The notes under the pieces were generated by a model that was given only the letters and a program-made list of their open reading frames with translations, was not told the DNA's origin and made no database searches. 64,000 nucleotides of DNA from Phoronis australis (lineage: Eukaryota; Animalia; Phoronida). Of the stretch, positions 38,686 through 51,049 are shown one piece after another (position 1 is the stretch's first letter; every line of letters starts with the position of its first letter). The position numbers and the translations under genes are program-made. The DNA lies in the NCBI GenBank assembly GCA_002633005.1, contig NMRA01000395.1, forward strand, positions 102,681-166,680, given 5' to 3'.

Positions 38686-39788
38686 ACGGATTTTCATATA
38701 GGATGAGAACATTGCAGGGACGTTGGCGATGCCGAGCGGTGTTCAGTGTACAGGGGCCGATAGATAGCGCTAGTGTATGCTGAATCATAGGATTGTCGCC
38801 GTGGACACAATCTGCTGAATGTCCTACAGACTGTGGCTTACGGGCTACCGCCTGTTAGTAGTGTTAGAAATTCACATACGCCATCTAGTGATACGTAGAT
38901 GTTCAAGCTTGGGTGCTTAGTGAATACTCGTTTTTGGCCAGTCGAGTGAGAGAGCTAGTTTAACTGAAGAGGAGTGGCGAGTCACCATGCAACCCGTGCG
39001 CACGCTATGTTCAACATCAAGTATAAGAATCTTAGACTATACCACATATAACCTTAAAGTGGCATAAGATGTGAAAAATGACTAAATTTAAGTTATTCAT
39101 GGTGGTTCTCTGCCACGACTGAAACAGAAGTCAAACTGTTCACCAGGTATTTCTACCGTTTGCTCGTGAAGATTATGAATTTCTGTTGACTCGGCTGTCA
39201 AAGCACATTTCCTTCATTTTCAAACTTCAAAAAGACGATCTGACAGCTGCTCGTCTCTACGTCGCTTTTTCTCCCACACGGCAAAGCACGCCTTCTTATG
39301 GAATGACAAGACATGCATGTAGTCATAACACATTTCCCTTTTGAAGAAAAATTGGCCTTTGACCTTAGGTGTAAACAAAACATTGTTTCTTTCAACCCCT
39401 CGCTGGTTCCCTGGGTGTCCGTTAGGGGGAAGGGCGGGACACGGCGTACATGAATGTCATCGCATGTACCTCCAGTCCTAAATTTAAGATCAACTTGCTC
39501 TTCCACCCTCAACCCTGGATGTATGTGGCGGAACTCAGTGGTAAATTGGAAGTATCCAGTGGCCGGCATGGTAACTGGCATTATAAACAAAACACATTTT
39601 GCAAATTAATTAGGCCATTGGATTGGATTTCCGACGAGGCGCGGTGGTCATCGAGGTTGTCGAAATAAGACCTAGGAACGAATCTCGATTACATGTAAGT
39701 AATGGTAACATCAAAGAAAAAATTCTACACAATATTTGAAACGGCGTTGCTATAGCAGCGGTAAATACTGCGATTTATTACTTCGTGT

Positions 39789-39812
39789 ACACACACACAC
39801 GCACACACACCT

Positions 39813-39843
<31 letters not shown>

Positions 39844-39878
39844 AACACACACACACACAAACACACACACACAAACAC
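39789..39878. repeat. (CA)n microsatellite
   Basis: Visible directly. Confidence 0.95.
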
Positions 39879-40494
39879 TCTGAATGATTACTTGCCAAAA
39901 TTGAACGTTGAGGAGATATATATTCATATACCAATTCAATACGCTTATTTACACTTTGGAAAATAAATGCAAAATACAAAATTTACTAAAATTCCAATGG
40001 TTGTTACACGCAATTATAACCCAAACGACGAGATGCCGGATAAAGCAAGCAATTTGTTTCTGATGATTAAAAACAGTAGTCGTTGGAATTGCAGTCACGG
40101 TGACAGGAGTGATAGCAATACTAGAGTAGTGTCAAACATTAGCGTACTCATTGATTAATGATATTTAATACTTGGTCTTGCTAAAGTCAAAATGGTTCAG
40201 GTGATAATAATTTTTTATTGATCTTGTAGAAAGAGGCCGTTACAAGGATTACTGTCATGTACTGAGACCTACCACTTATCAAAGTGTCCTGGACCGAAGG
40301 TCTCGTTGGAACATCCCAATATGAAATGAATATGTATGTGTCTGTTGCAGGCACTTTGCCTACCAAACAACAGTTTCTGATAGGTCTGAAATTGTGGGGC
40401 ATTATATATACCCCACAGTTTTTTGCAATCCCACAGTAAAAGTCTCATATATAAAAATGCCCCGGATCTGTATAGTTCTCTTAGTATGTATACG

Positions 40495-40520
<26 letters not shown>

Positions 40521-40528
<8 letters not shown>

Positions 40529-41473
40529 TTGTTGAATACACGACACTTTTCATTTTTCACGGTCTTTATTCCGTTGCGTTCATACTTTCTGAACAAAACT
40601 CTACTCTCTACTGAACATAGATACAGTAACTGACCTAGCGACATAATTAAAAAGACACACGATATTTCGAAACATACTTGTTTCATTCTCAAGTGAAGAT
40701 AAAATGACGCAGTAATGCCACCACAGAGTATAAGCTGACGACACACACAGTGAGACACGGCGGGTGTGAAATACTGCAAAGAATGACTAAAGAATTAGGG
40801 TAACAGGAAAGTCACGCAAACAAGTGTAACGTGCGGCGCGACCCTGTTTGCTGCTCATTCAAAATAGGCTTCTCAAAAGCNACGTCAAACAATGTTACAT
40901 TGGTCAAACGGTTTGCAGTCTTTCCCGTCGGTTATCCATGCATCTTCAAAATGGCGCCATTCAAGATCATTTTCTGCAATACCACGCACGTAAAATCACC
41001 CGTCAAGAAATTGTGGAAAACACGTCAATTCGCTACGTGGAGCAAGATGTGCTGCGTTTGAAAGTATTAGAGTCCCTTTTAATTGCTTTTGAGAAGCCTA
41101 TTTTGAATGAGCAGCAAACAGGGTCGCGCCGCACGTTACACTTGTTTGCGTGACTTTCCTGTTACCCTAATTCTTTAGTCATTCTTTGCAGTATTTCACA
41201 CCCGCCGTGTCTCACTGTGTGTGTCGTCAGCTTATACTCTGTGGTGGCATTACTGCGTCATTTTATCTTCACTTGAGAATGAAACAAGTATGTTTCGAAA
41301 TATCGTGTGTCTTTTTAATTATGTCGCTAGGTCAGTTACTGTATCTATGTTCAGTAGAGAGTAGAGTTTTGTTCAGAAAGTATGAACGCAACGGAATAAA
41401 GACCGTGAAAAATGAAAAGTGTCGTGTATTCAACAAATTCTGTATAACAGAAAACTTGCTCCCGAAGTACAGT
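40521..41473 (+). mobile_element. Penelope-like retroelement 3' fragment with inverted copy, embedded in (TA)n tracts
   Basis: GIY-YIG C-terminus CYIGQTVCSLSRRLSMH..LKVLESLLIAFEKPILNEQ (40890-41153). 40521-40880 is the reverse complement of 41085-41444. TA microsatellites at ~40487-40521 and ~41474-41540. Confidence 0.88.
41270..41307 (+). ncRNA. Candidate minimal hammerhead-like ribozyme (variant core) in the Penelope 3' region; mirror copy 40658-40695 on minus
   Basis: CAC-TTGAGAAT-GAAAC-AAGTAT-GTTTC-GAAA-TATC-GTG: stem I CAC/GTG, stem II GAAAC/GTTTC, GAAA box. The core deviates from CTGANGA. Confidence 0.45.
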
Positions 41474-42902
41474 CATATATATATATATATATATATTTAT
41501 ATATGTATATGTATATGTATATGTATATATATATATGTATCCAGCTTCGCGTTCAATTACATTTTGCTAATAAACAAAGCTCTCCCCTATCCACACATTT
41601 CGATCACATCATCGGAATGCCCTAACCCTGTACACAAGTTTCTCCCTACACATTCTACTACTGTCAGTTGCGTAGACAAACTATGTGTCTTTAATTTAAA
41701 AATTATCTTTGATCTTATCACTTCTTTAAACATTAACAATGCGTAACTTGTCCAAGCACGATCACCCGCTCTGTACTCATGGTTGTAACAGGCCAGTGGT
41801 TTTGAATGCAGTAGTCGAAACGGCTGTTTAGAAATACGATGAACATGCCTCTGGCAGTCACAAATGCAAAGCCAAGACTTTACTTTCAAAACAGTCATTT
41901 TGCATTTTCTGTTCATGTAGCATTGCTTCCGGATACGTTTACAATGAAGGCTATCAACTCAGACCACAGCCTTTGTGGACATTAGATTGTAGACTGCACC
42001 GATGCCACGAATGTGCTGCGAGAATTTTCAGTGGCATTTCTGCCCCTTCTTATGGCAGAGCTATAGGAATTTGAAAATGTGCAAACCAAATTGTTATTTA
42101 GGTAACTCAGTCTTAACCAGTTATGACGGCCTCGCGATGGAATGCCGTACATCTGCACTTGTATGATAATTATCGTTGAGCTGATGAATTCGCTGTTATT
42201 ATTTTCATGAATGCCGCGTCCTGCACTCATGAAACTGGCCCTTGCAGTTCAGGTGACACTGTTCAGGGTAAATCAGATTAGTGGTGAAAGGGATGAACAT
42301 GAAGTGGCATGAGCTAGTAAGAAATTGTTGCCTCGGGAACGGAATAAGTCAGTCACTAACAGAGAGAGAGTGTCTGGCTATTGTCTTTGCCATCAGGGAA
42401 TCGGATAAAAAACGTGTCTTGTAAATTTTGGGTAATTTGATATAGTGGCGAAACTGATGGGCCTTATATTAAATAAATAACAGACAACCATATTTTGAGT
42501 GTAAATAAGTGTTTATTTTTTGTAAATAAATGTACAAAATGTACACCGTTGTGTATGACACTGTATGTTTATTCTTACTAGTCCATCCTCACATGCTCTG
42601 TTTTCTCGTGCCCTTTCTTTCAGCTTCAATCTCGTCATGCAGTGTTCGGTTGATTGAAAAATTAGTTTCCAGACATCAAATTATCAAGAACATGAACACC
42701 TCCAGCGCCATCCCAGTTTTAATGGAATGTCTATTGTATTGTTTCTACCGGCTCGTTTCCCTGCTAACACGTAGTTATCAAAAAGCCCACTAGGGCGCGT
42801 TAGGCATCATGAAGGTCGCGGAGAAATCTGTTACGTAAGCAATCTGACACAGGTGAGCAAGCGACCAAGAGCTGAAGGTGTAAACACGAGCTATCCTCCA
42901 CA

Positions 42903-42970
42903 ATGGACGTGTGCGACATGAGTAGTTTGAGAAAGAAGGATTCGCTCTCCGAGCTCAAAGAGCCGAAACA
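42903..42970 (+). CDS. Candidate first exon (MDVCDMSSLRKKDSLSELKEPK) of the downstream plus-strand gene, or a uORF
   Basis: ATG in ACAATGG context, strong GTAAGT donor at 42971. The phase-2 end does not join exon 48158 in frame directly. Confidence 0.35.
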
Positions 42971-45344
42971 GTAAGTCGATTACTTTCAGTGAATTACTTA
43001 TATTAAACGCAGCCGTGGTTTTGTGATTTTCAACATTTCAATCCTTCAAGACCCTTTTCCTTTGAAATGACAGAATACAAATCAAAACGGCGCCTTTATT
43101 CAGTTGTATGTCATGGGTTTAAAAGGCATATTAAGCTCTAAGCGTTGCGGGGTTGTACTTGAACAGGTGAGTTCACGAGAACATGTGCTAATTGCTCGTA
43201 AAAAGATTTTTTTTTTCAAAAACGGGGGTTCTCGGCTGACGTCATGGTTGTCCATAAGCAAAAAGCCAAACGTGGAGCAAATTCCGAATTACGTTTTTGA
43301 ATCCTAATTTCGTCTCTTTTAAAACAGAAAAAGAAATGTCAGTTACACATTATTTTCACTTGCTGGGTACGTCCATTGTCATTGTTAAATGATAAAAGCG
43401 CTATTTGGCATCACTATTTCAATCAGTGTTAAAACTACGGCTTTTCAAATATGGCTTAAGGTTTTCAATGTGGCTCAAGGTTTTTCAAACGGATGACTCA
43501 AGAGCTCCAAACACAGTGCAAAACTTTAAAAAACGGTGTAGAACCATGTTTGAACACGTAGGGAGAACACCTGCTTATAAATTGTTATAGTCAACTAAAC
43601 CCGCGCTGTCACACAGTCATACAGTCATTGACTCATTGTATCCTATAAAAAGATTCACAAACACGAAACATCTGTAACTATACTCGTTTCTCTTATCTTT
43701 ATATCTAGAAACTTCCGCAACAATAGAATACGTTCGTTATCATGCACCTCAACATTTGCTTTTTATTCGCAAGTACATCTGATAATTCATCAGACTTAGT
43801 GGTATTCTAGTGCTCGTTACTTATTAATCTCGTGAATGCTAAGTCGTTATTTGGTTCAAATTCTACTCGCTGTGTATAGTTTATTCGTGCCAAATTAAGC
43901 GCGTGTCATGCTCTATGAACTGGAAGAGGTAGAATGTGTTACAATGGAGGCTGCCAAGAAAGTCGTTCAAGGGCAGTACGGTAAAGTATCTCCAAGTCGG
44001 AACACAAAATGGCGGACAAGTCAAACTCAACCCTTTTTCATGCAACATATACAGCTGCACAATAAATGTATTTCCACGTTCAAGATTTATACCACAGGTA
44101 CCATCGGGAAGATTTTTGAAAAAATGAGAGGTGTCGCAACAATGCTAGAGGACCTTGAGTCACCGAAAAAGAACAATTTTGACAGTATTGATTTTCAGAA
44201 ATTGACGATAATTTACCACTGTTGTATGATGGCCAATCCTTGCTTGACACAGTCTTTACTGGAAAAAAATAAGTCTTTAAACCGTGGTATAATAACTTTA
44301 TGTCTTAACAGTGATTTTTGCATAGTTTAACACTTGTTTCTGCAAGCGTACGTAGATGTGCGCAAATGCGCTGTGAGGCCTCTGACGCAAGTGTTTTTTC
44401 AGGGCCACGAAATGGTGCTCAAACCTCTCACTAAGTAACTACAAAATAACTATTTTGCAACTACCTTCTTTCAATTGTGAGCACTTAGCAGACTTTGTAG
44501 CAAAACTTCATAGCACCCTTCACACTAAATGGCTGTTCAGAATGTTTAGCGCAGTACAGAAGCCTTTTGTTGGGCTTAAAACTCGTGTGTCTCAACGTAA
44601 GAGTGACCTTCTCAGAAACATTCCACACGTGGGTCTGCTACTAATCTTGATAACACTATTGAAACGGGTGGGTGTTCATTGGGAAGGGTCTCCAAAAGGA
44701 CAGCTATAGATATTTTAATTTCCTGCGATCGCCCCCTCCACCCCGCCTACTGCAAAGCGGTCAAGTACTCACGAGGGTTTGCGTGCACGCGAACCCGACT
44801 GGACATGTGCAGTTGGTGTGCCCGGTGGCGCCAGTGACCGTTAATTGCTGCAAAATCGTTATTTGGATGGTTGCATCCCGACAATGGCTTCATCAAAGCA
44901 AACGAGACGTTGTCCAGCACTTGGTTGCACCCACTATTTTCAAGCACATACCAGTGACTTTGAGCAATGGGACACGGGGACGAATTTCATTGTTATATCA
45001 GGTAATTCACGCTCAGATGAATGTAAATTATGAGTGAAAGTAGCCAGTCAGTGTAACTGGTCCAGAAAACGCGTACAATATTCATTGTGCGAGTATTAAC
45101 TCCATTCCGACAAGTGAAGACAGCACGCGGGCTGATTTTGAGTTGGAATTCATACAAACGTGTGGTATCAATCTCCGGTACCTATGCAGTAAGACAAACT
45201 CAAGCGGGTGTCTGGTAGGCAGTGTCCTGAGAGAAGTCGTTTACTGATTTCGCAACACTGTGGCGTTTTACAGACATGACCGTGATGTACATGTACAGCA
45301 CGCTCGTGGACAGTCAGCAGGTTTCAATATAGGTTTTCTTTCCG

Positions 45345-46030
45345 ATCGCCGTCTTGAATTAGCGCCGCTAACGGTTACTGAGACGTGCATTCGAACGCAG
45401 TTATTCCTTAAGATTCAACGTCTATTGAAGAAAATCTTACCGTTGGATTTTTGACGCCCTCAACCAGGAAATCATGTTTCAAAAATCCGTAATTAATAAT
45501 GTATTTTCTACAGGGCTTGGAAGTTTCCTCTTTTAAGAGAATTGAATCTTTTATGGTTTAAATTTCCTCTTATTTGATTTCCAGTTTCCTCCTTTTCGTC
45601 TGCTTTCATTATGTTTTACTTGATTCATGCTAACTTTTACAACATAAAAAATAGTTCAATCAGACAAGCCTATTTATTTGTGGAACGATACATCACCTGG
45701 AAAATTTTCCTCTCTATCAGAGTACTATAGTCTTTCCCATCGCTGTCCTGAATTAGCGTCGGTAACGGTATACCTAGTCGTGCATTCGAACGCAGTTACT
45801 CCTTACTATTTTATAAAGGGCTTGGATTTTTTTCTCTTTAAAGGGGATTTCATTTTTGGTTTCGATTTCCTCTCATTTGATTTCCAGTCTCCCCCTTTTC
45901 GTGTGTTTTTATTATTATTTTGACTTTATTCATGCAAAATGATTCAGTTAAATTGATAACACAAAAACATTTCTATCACACAAGCGCAATTATTTCTGGA
46001 GCGATACATAATCTGGAAAAATTCCCTCTC
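45345..46030. repeat. Diverged tandem duplication (~370 + ~290 bp)
   Basis: Shared blocks GAATTAGCG..CGTGCATTCGAACGCAGTTA, ATTTGATTTCCAGT and GATACAT..CTGGAAAA at ~45345-45715 and ~45740-46030. No N between copies. Confidence 0.8.
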
Positions 46031-47029
46031 AATATTTTTTGTCATCGGTCATTCCAAGCCCCGATTCTAAGCCAATAGATGACGTGTTTATAAAATCTTG
46101 TTTTCGCTTATTCTCTGAGATAACGATTTATTTCATAAATTTTGGGAAATGAGCTAGGAACGGTGTTAAAGCTAATGTGGGGTTCTCAGGTGTTACCACT
46201 GCTTGTTTGTTCTTTCTGAACCTCGCCGTTGCTGTTGGTGCATTTCTGAAAGGTGGCGTGCCGCAGTCAATATAAATAAGAGCGCATATTATGCGGTGTG
46301 AATGGGATTAGGCCACTCTTTAGGAAATAAGTACCCGTCCTTTCACTTCACTAACGCAGAAGCTACCGTTGACCCTGGTTCAAACAACCAGGAATGTCGC
46401 ACTGTGGTTGTTTGTACACAGTCACTCTGAAATGAACAATCGCAGTCTGAAATGAACAGTTGCTCAGTTTGCATCTTACTCGTGTATAATTTTACACAGC
46501 GGGTTTGAAATTAATTACAGTAATCCAGATAATGCTTAGCGGAATTCGGTGTCAACGGACTGTGTTTCTTTTCTAGGTGCACGAAATCACCCTGTCAATT
46601 TAAAAATTGTTTGCGCCCTCTCTTGCTTCACGAAAGCTAATAATTAAAACACGATTAGTAAACAACCACTAATTGTCGACAATAGACGACGTGTTTGCCC
46701 GTGAGTCATATCAACAGTTTCCAACGTTCCCGGTTATGAAAAACACACTCACCGGGATTCCGCGAGCTCGCAAGGACGTCTTTGGATCCTTCGTCTGCGA
46801 GATTGCTGGGTTACTAGAAACGCCTTATCGTACTTCTAGTACAGTTAAGAAAAGTGTGGTAATCCTCCAATCACATTGCTTAATTAAGGAAGGTAGAATC
46901 GAGTTTCATTCCGGGCTTTAAGCATAACCAAAAATCTAGTCTAAACGACCATGTTGAAATCCGAGGTAGACAGTACCATGAGGTACACATGCATTGAAGT
47001 GTTCTGAAAGTTATAACAAAAATATTTTT

Positions 47030-47170
47030 ACTATCATTATTTTGTCATTATCATTACTATTATTATTATAACAATTATTATTTTTATATCATTAGTTTGC
47101 CATTATCATTATTATTATCATCATCATTATTATTCATTATATGATGATCATCACCATCATTAGTATTATA
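47030..47170. repeat. (ATT/ATC)n low-complexity tract
   Basis: Visible directly. Confidence 0.85.
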
Positions 47171-48157
47171 GTTTTTACATTGTCGCTTTTCATTGCTATT
47201 ATCTTTCTCGTGATTACTTTTGCTAACAGGGATAATAGCGGTTTCCGAAGTTTTCTGCCGACGGGCTTATTTAAGCTACGCCCAGTTGATGTTTGTAATG
47301 ACCACTTTCCGTAGGTAGGCCCAGCGTGTGAATTTGGGTTGAGTATGTGTAACTGGATCCTAAAAGTGTCTCCAATTTATTTTGAAGTCTTTTAAAAAAT
47401 CTTCAACAATATCCTGCTGTCTGTTGGGAAAAACACCCCAAAAACGTCAGCCTATGTGTCGACTAGTTCACGATAAACTTTGGTATCGATGCTGTAGCTG
47501 TCACTTCCAAATATCCACTTACATAGGCGTATATGTATGTTTGGAGTTGACAGTTGTACTGTACGCTATGGGCTTGGTGGCATACAACTACGACAGTATT
47601 GCTCTTAATGTTCAACTTAGTTTAGTTTGTTCGAAAATCCAACACATTATAAGAACGTGATATTTCAAGGAATGCTGGTGAATGTGGAAATTTGGCAGAT
47701 TTTTGGGGGATTTTAGTCAGTCCAAGTTATACATACATACTGAAAGTCTTTCGTTTTTGCGTATTTTGAGGAACCAATTTCACGAAAGTAGGGTCAGTCT
47801 ACACGCCTCGTGTCTCCAAAAAAGTAAAGTCCTTATAAGCCTGAGTTGACCAAAGCTATGATTAGAGTAAGATATGCATATGGTTATCCAGTCTGATATC
47901 AGCTTTAATTTTGGAAGCATGTTTCCTGTTCACAAGAAGTGAGAAAGATTATTGGTATTTCAATCAATGTGAATCGCTTACCTTTGTCTGCATGTGATTG
48001 ACTGCGTCATCTTTCATACACTATCTTCGAGGAAATGGTTACCCTGGGGCCTGGAATATCGCGTTTTCGTTTTTAGAGAATATTGTATCAAATCAGTCGG
48101 TTTTAATAGTATATATTCATATACTAGTTCGTTTACGTCAACATCACATTGTTTTAG

Positions 48158-48353
48158 ATGAATTTAAACAAGCCACTGTCTGCAAGTATTGGTCGTGTGA
48201 CGAGCAAAGACTCTGAACCGTCACGCGCACAGTCAATTGGCGGTTCACCGCGGCCACAGGCGGACGTCAGCAGCTACAAACAGATGCGACTTAAGAAAGA
48301 ACAGCGACAAAACGCCGTGCAGTCTGCACGCTACGAACGATATTCCAGTTTTG
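48158..48353 (+). CDS. Uncharacterised coiled-coil/disordered protein, exon A
   Basis: TTTTAG|ATG acceptor, G|GTAGGT donor (phase 1). MNLNKPLSAS..KQMRLKKEQRQNAVQSARYERYSSF. Confidence 0.75.
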
Positions 48354-49519
48354 GTAGGTTTATTTTTGTGCTTTTGTGCCTGGTTTTTACGCCAATGACC
48401 TACAATTAGCTCTATTTGGAGACTTGGAGTACCAACCCTACATTGTGTACGTTTGTTAGCCCTTTTCCGTAACTTGCCAAGCAATGGTTATCGCCAGGAG
48501 TCACCAAACAGCCCTCTGACAAAGTCAGGGTTGACTGTCAGTAAACGTTTTCATTTTATTATCTTTTAATATCATTTCATCATTTACTCTAACTTACAAT
48601 TAAGTTAGATTCAATCTGATTACCAGTGCCATTTATTTTACCCCAATGTTTTTCTTAAGGCCAAGGTCAAGACTTTTTGGCCACGTGATCAATAACGTGC
48701 ACATCTACGAAAGGGAGATGATGGCAATTTTAGTAGTGCAATTATATCAAATCTTTTATTCACGGATAACTGTTCCCAAAATTTTTGTTAAGTTTACTTA
48801 GTCTTTTGTCAATAAAAAGTAATCGGATGACCATTCTCATGTTGACGGGGCCATCGAAATCGGCATCCACAGGCGATCTATTGAGCATTTTAGCATGTCC
48901 CAAAGTCCGTTAAAGATTCTTAAATAATGAGTGGACTAGTTAAACTATGATATATCTTTCTTTAATGAATGATGGTATACAGATTAGAACCTTAATGTGT
49001 GTACGAAAGCAATGGCCAGCTATTCGAAATCATGTGATAGCTTTTGCATTTTCTATCGGTTGCTAAAGAGACTTGACTTCGTTTTAGAGACATTATCAGC
49101 AAGAAAAGTGATTTCTTGACATCAGCCCAGGGCCAATCAAATTAAACATGGAATCCAGTGTTACAGCCGCACGCTCTGACGTAATAAAAGAGTTAAATCC
49201 TATCCCCAGCTGTCTCTTTAAACGGGTGTCATAATTTTACTGTCAAAATAAACATTTTTGCGTTTATTGTTGGATGGGATGGACCACAAATTGTAATAGC
49301 CATGACCAGAGCCATAAAAGGATGCAAGTCGTTCTTTTACTGATTTTACTGCAAACCCACAATTTTCGTCTTGACCTGTCAGACAATTCGGTGAAATTAG
49401 CAGACGACTCCATCAATTTAATACCTTTAAAATGCTCTTCCGTGCGATTTAGCTCCAGTCACGCTTTTGTATTTCTGTTATGTTTATAAAGCACAAAAAC
49501 TTGTAAGTTTCGTGTGAAA

Positions 49520-50235
49520 AATGACACTGATGGAAAACAAAGATTTCTTGGAAAAACAACGTTCACATAAATGCGAATATTTGTCATTGTTTCTGTGCAT
49601 ATGGTAACCTGGTAACACTCTGTGACTAGCGTGGGTGTTAATCATATAGCCTGCGGACTATCAGTGTTTAAGTAAATGCGCAGTGAGTTGAAAGGGGAAG
49701 TTTTGGGAGGAGGGCCGTCCCTGATACAATTCATGTACAGAGCCAGGGGCGGATCTAGGATATCACAAGCGGAACCCAAAATTTTGTCCGGCTGTAAGCA
49801 TTTGCGCAAACCACGATTGTAGATGCGCATAGCACCGAATGGGGAGAGTCGGGAGGGGGGCTGCATTCCCGCCCAGGANATGACACTGATGGAAAACAAA
49901 GATTTCTTGGAAAAACAACGTTCACATAAATGCGAATATTTGTCATTGTTTCTGTGCATATGGTAACCTGGTAACACTCTGTGACTAGCGTGGGTGTTAA
50001 TCATATAGCCTGCGGACTATCAGTGTTTAAATGCGCAGTGAGTTGAAAGGGGAAGTTTTGGGAGGAGGGCCGTCCCTGATACAATTCATGTACAGAGCCA
50101 GGGGCGGATCTAGGATATCACAAGCGGAACCCAAAATTTTGTCCGGCTGCAAGCATTTGCGCAAACCACGATTGTAGATGCGCATAGCACCGAATGGGGA
50201 GAGTCGGGAGGGGGGCTGCATTCCCGCCCAGGAAA
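49520..50235. other. Near-identical tandem duplication across a single N (49879); probable assembly overlap
   Basis: 49520-49878 repeated at 49880-50235. Confidence 0.85.
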
Positions 50236-51049
50236 TTTTTCTGTTTCTTCCTCTAAAAATCAAGCATTTTCCTTGGTTCCTGAAGTATTTTCCAAGAAAA
50301 ACAGAAAGAAAAAAAACACAGAGATCGTGTCATACAGGAAAACCTGCAAGTACCAGGGACTCGAACTCACTACCTGGCGGATAGAGCGCGCGTGCTTTAC
50401 CAATACACCACCACGACTTCGCTACTAACCTCTTAATAAGAGACCTACTTGTTTATGGTCCACAGCGTTTGCGCGCGAAACCTACTTCTTTTTGTAATAC
50501 TTATTACGCGTTTTATATTTTGTGCAATCGGTTCTTAACAAGTTTGTTGTATTTAAAATAGTCTTCAAATGCCCAAAAGACCAAATCCGTTTTTCGTGTT
50601 GGCATTAATGACGGGATTGCTTTGGAAATCGTCTTAAGTTAAGGTTTGAGAAAGAGAGAATTATGAGTTTTTGAGTGATTCACTAAGGCTTCGATTAAAA
50701 TTCACAGCTTACCAGCAGCTTCTGTTTTTCCATCGCACAGTGGAGCAGACGATGGAAACGGAGTCGTAGTGCGCAGCGCCACTGCCGGTGGCCTGCGATA
50801 TCACGGGTTAGCCTATACTTAGACATAGTTCCGTTACGAATGCGCCATCTTCCGAATTGAACATTTGAAATTGGATCTGAGCCCCCCCCCCCTCCCAAAC
50901 ACTAAAACTGCACACTTTTAAATCTTGTTTCATCCGTATCATTTTAATTACCGGTGTTATTTAATAAACTCAACATTTCCCTACGCTCTTGCTGTTATAT
51001 TTTTTGCGGCAGCCAAAGGGGTGGTCCTGCCTCCCTAAATCCGCCTATG
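50099..51049. mobile_element. hAT-like non-autonomous element with 5-bp TSD
   Basis: TIR CAGGGGCGGATCTAGG / CCTAAATCCGCCTATG; TSD AGAGC on both sides. Confidence 0.8.
50350..50417 (-). mobile_element. tRNA-derived (Pol III A/B box) sequence inside the hAT-like element
   Basis: Minus strand GTCGTGGTGGTGTATTGGT..GTGAGTTCGAGTCCC: A box TGGTGTATTGG, B box GTTCGAGTCC. No clean cloverleaf. Confidence 0.55.

Noticed and set aside
41382-41420. SECIS-like ATGA..AAA..TGA motif in the Penelope 3' UTR
   Set aside because: Spacing is too short and helix pairing is poor; no in-frame TGA in the visible ORF.
40402-41746. 125- and 186-aa ORFs starting MQYFTPAV
   Set aside because: Start at non-ATG codons in the Penelope 3' UTR and run into TA microsatellites; no domain features.
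43908-44330. 140-aa ORF as a gene or reverse-transcriptase fragment
   Set aside because: No convincing motif or splice context; could be a decayed repeat.
49520-50235. 360-bp tandem duplication
   Set aside because: Near-identical copies joined by a single N at 49879; assembly artefact likely.
50350-50417. Functional tRNA gene
   Set aside because: A/B boxes are present but acceptor and anticodon stems do not pair; lies in a repeat.
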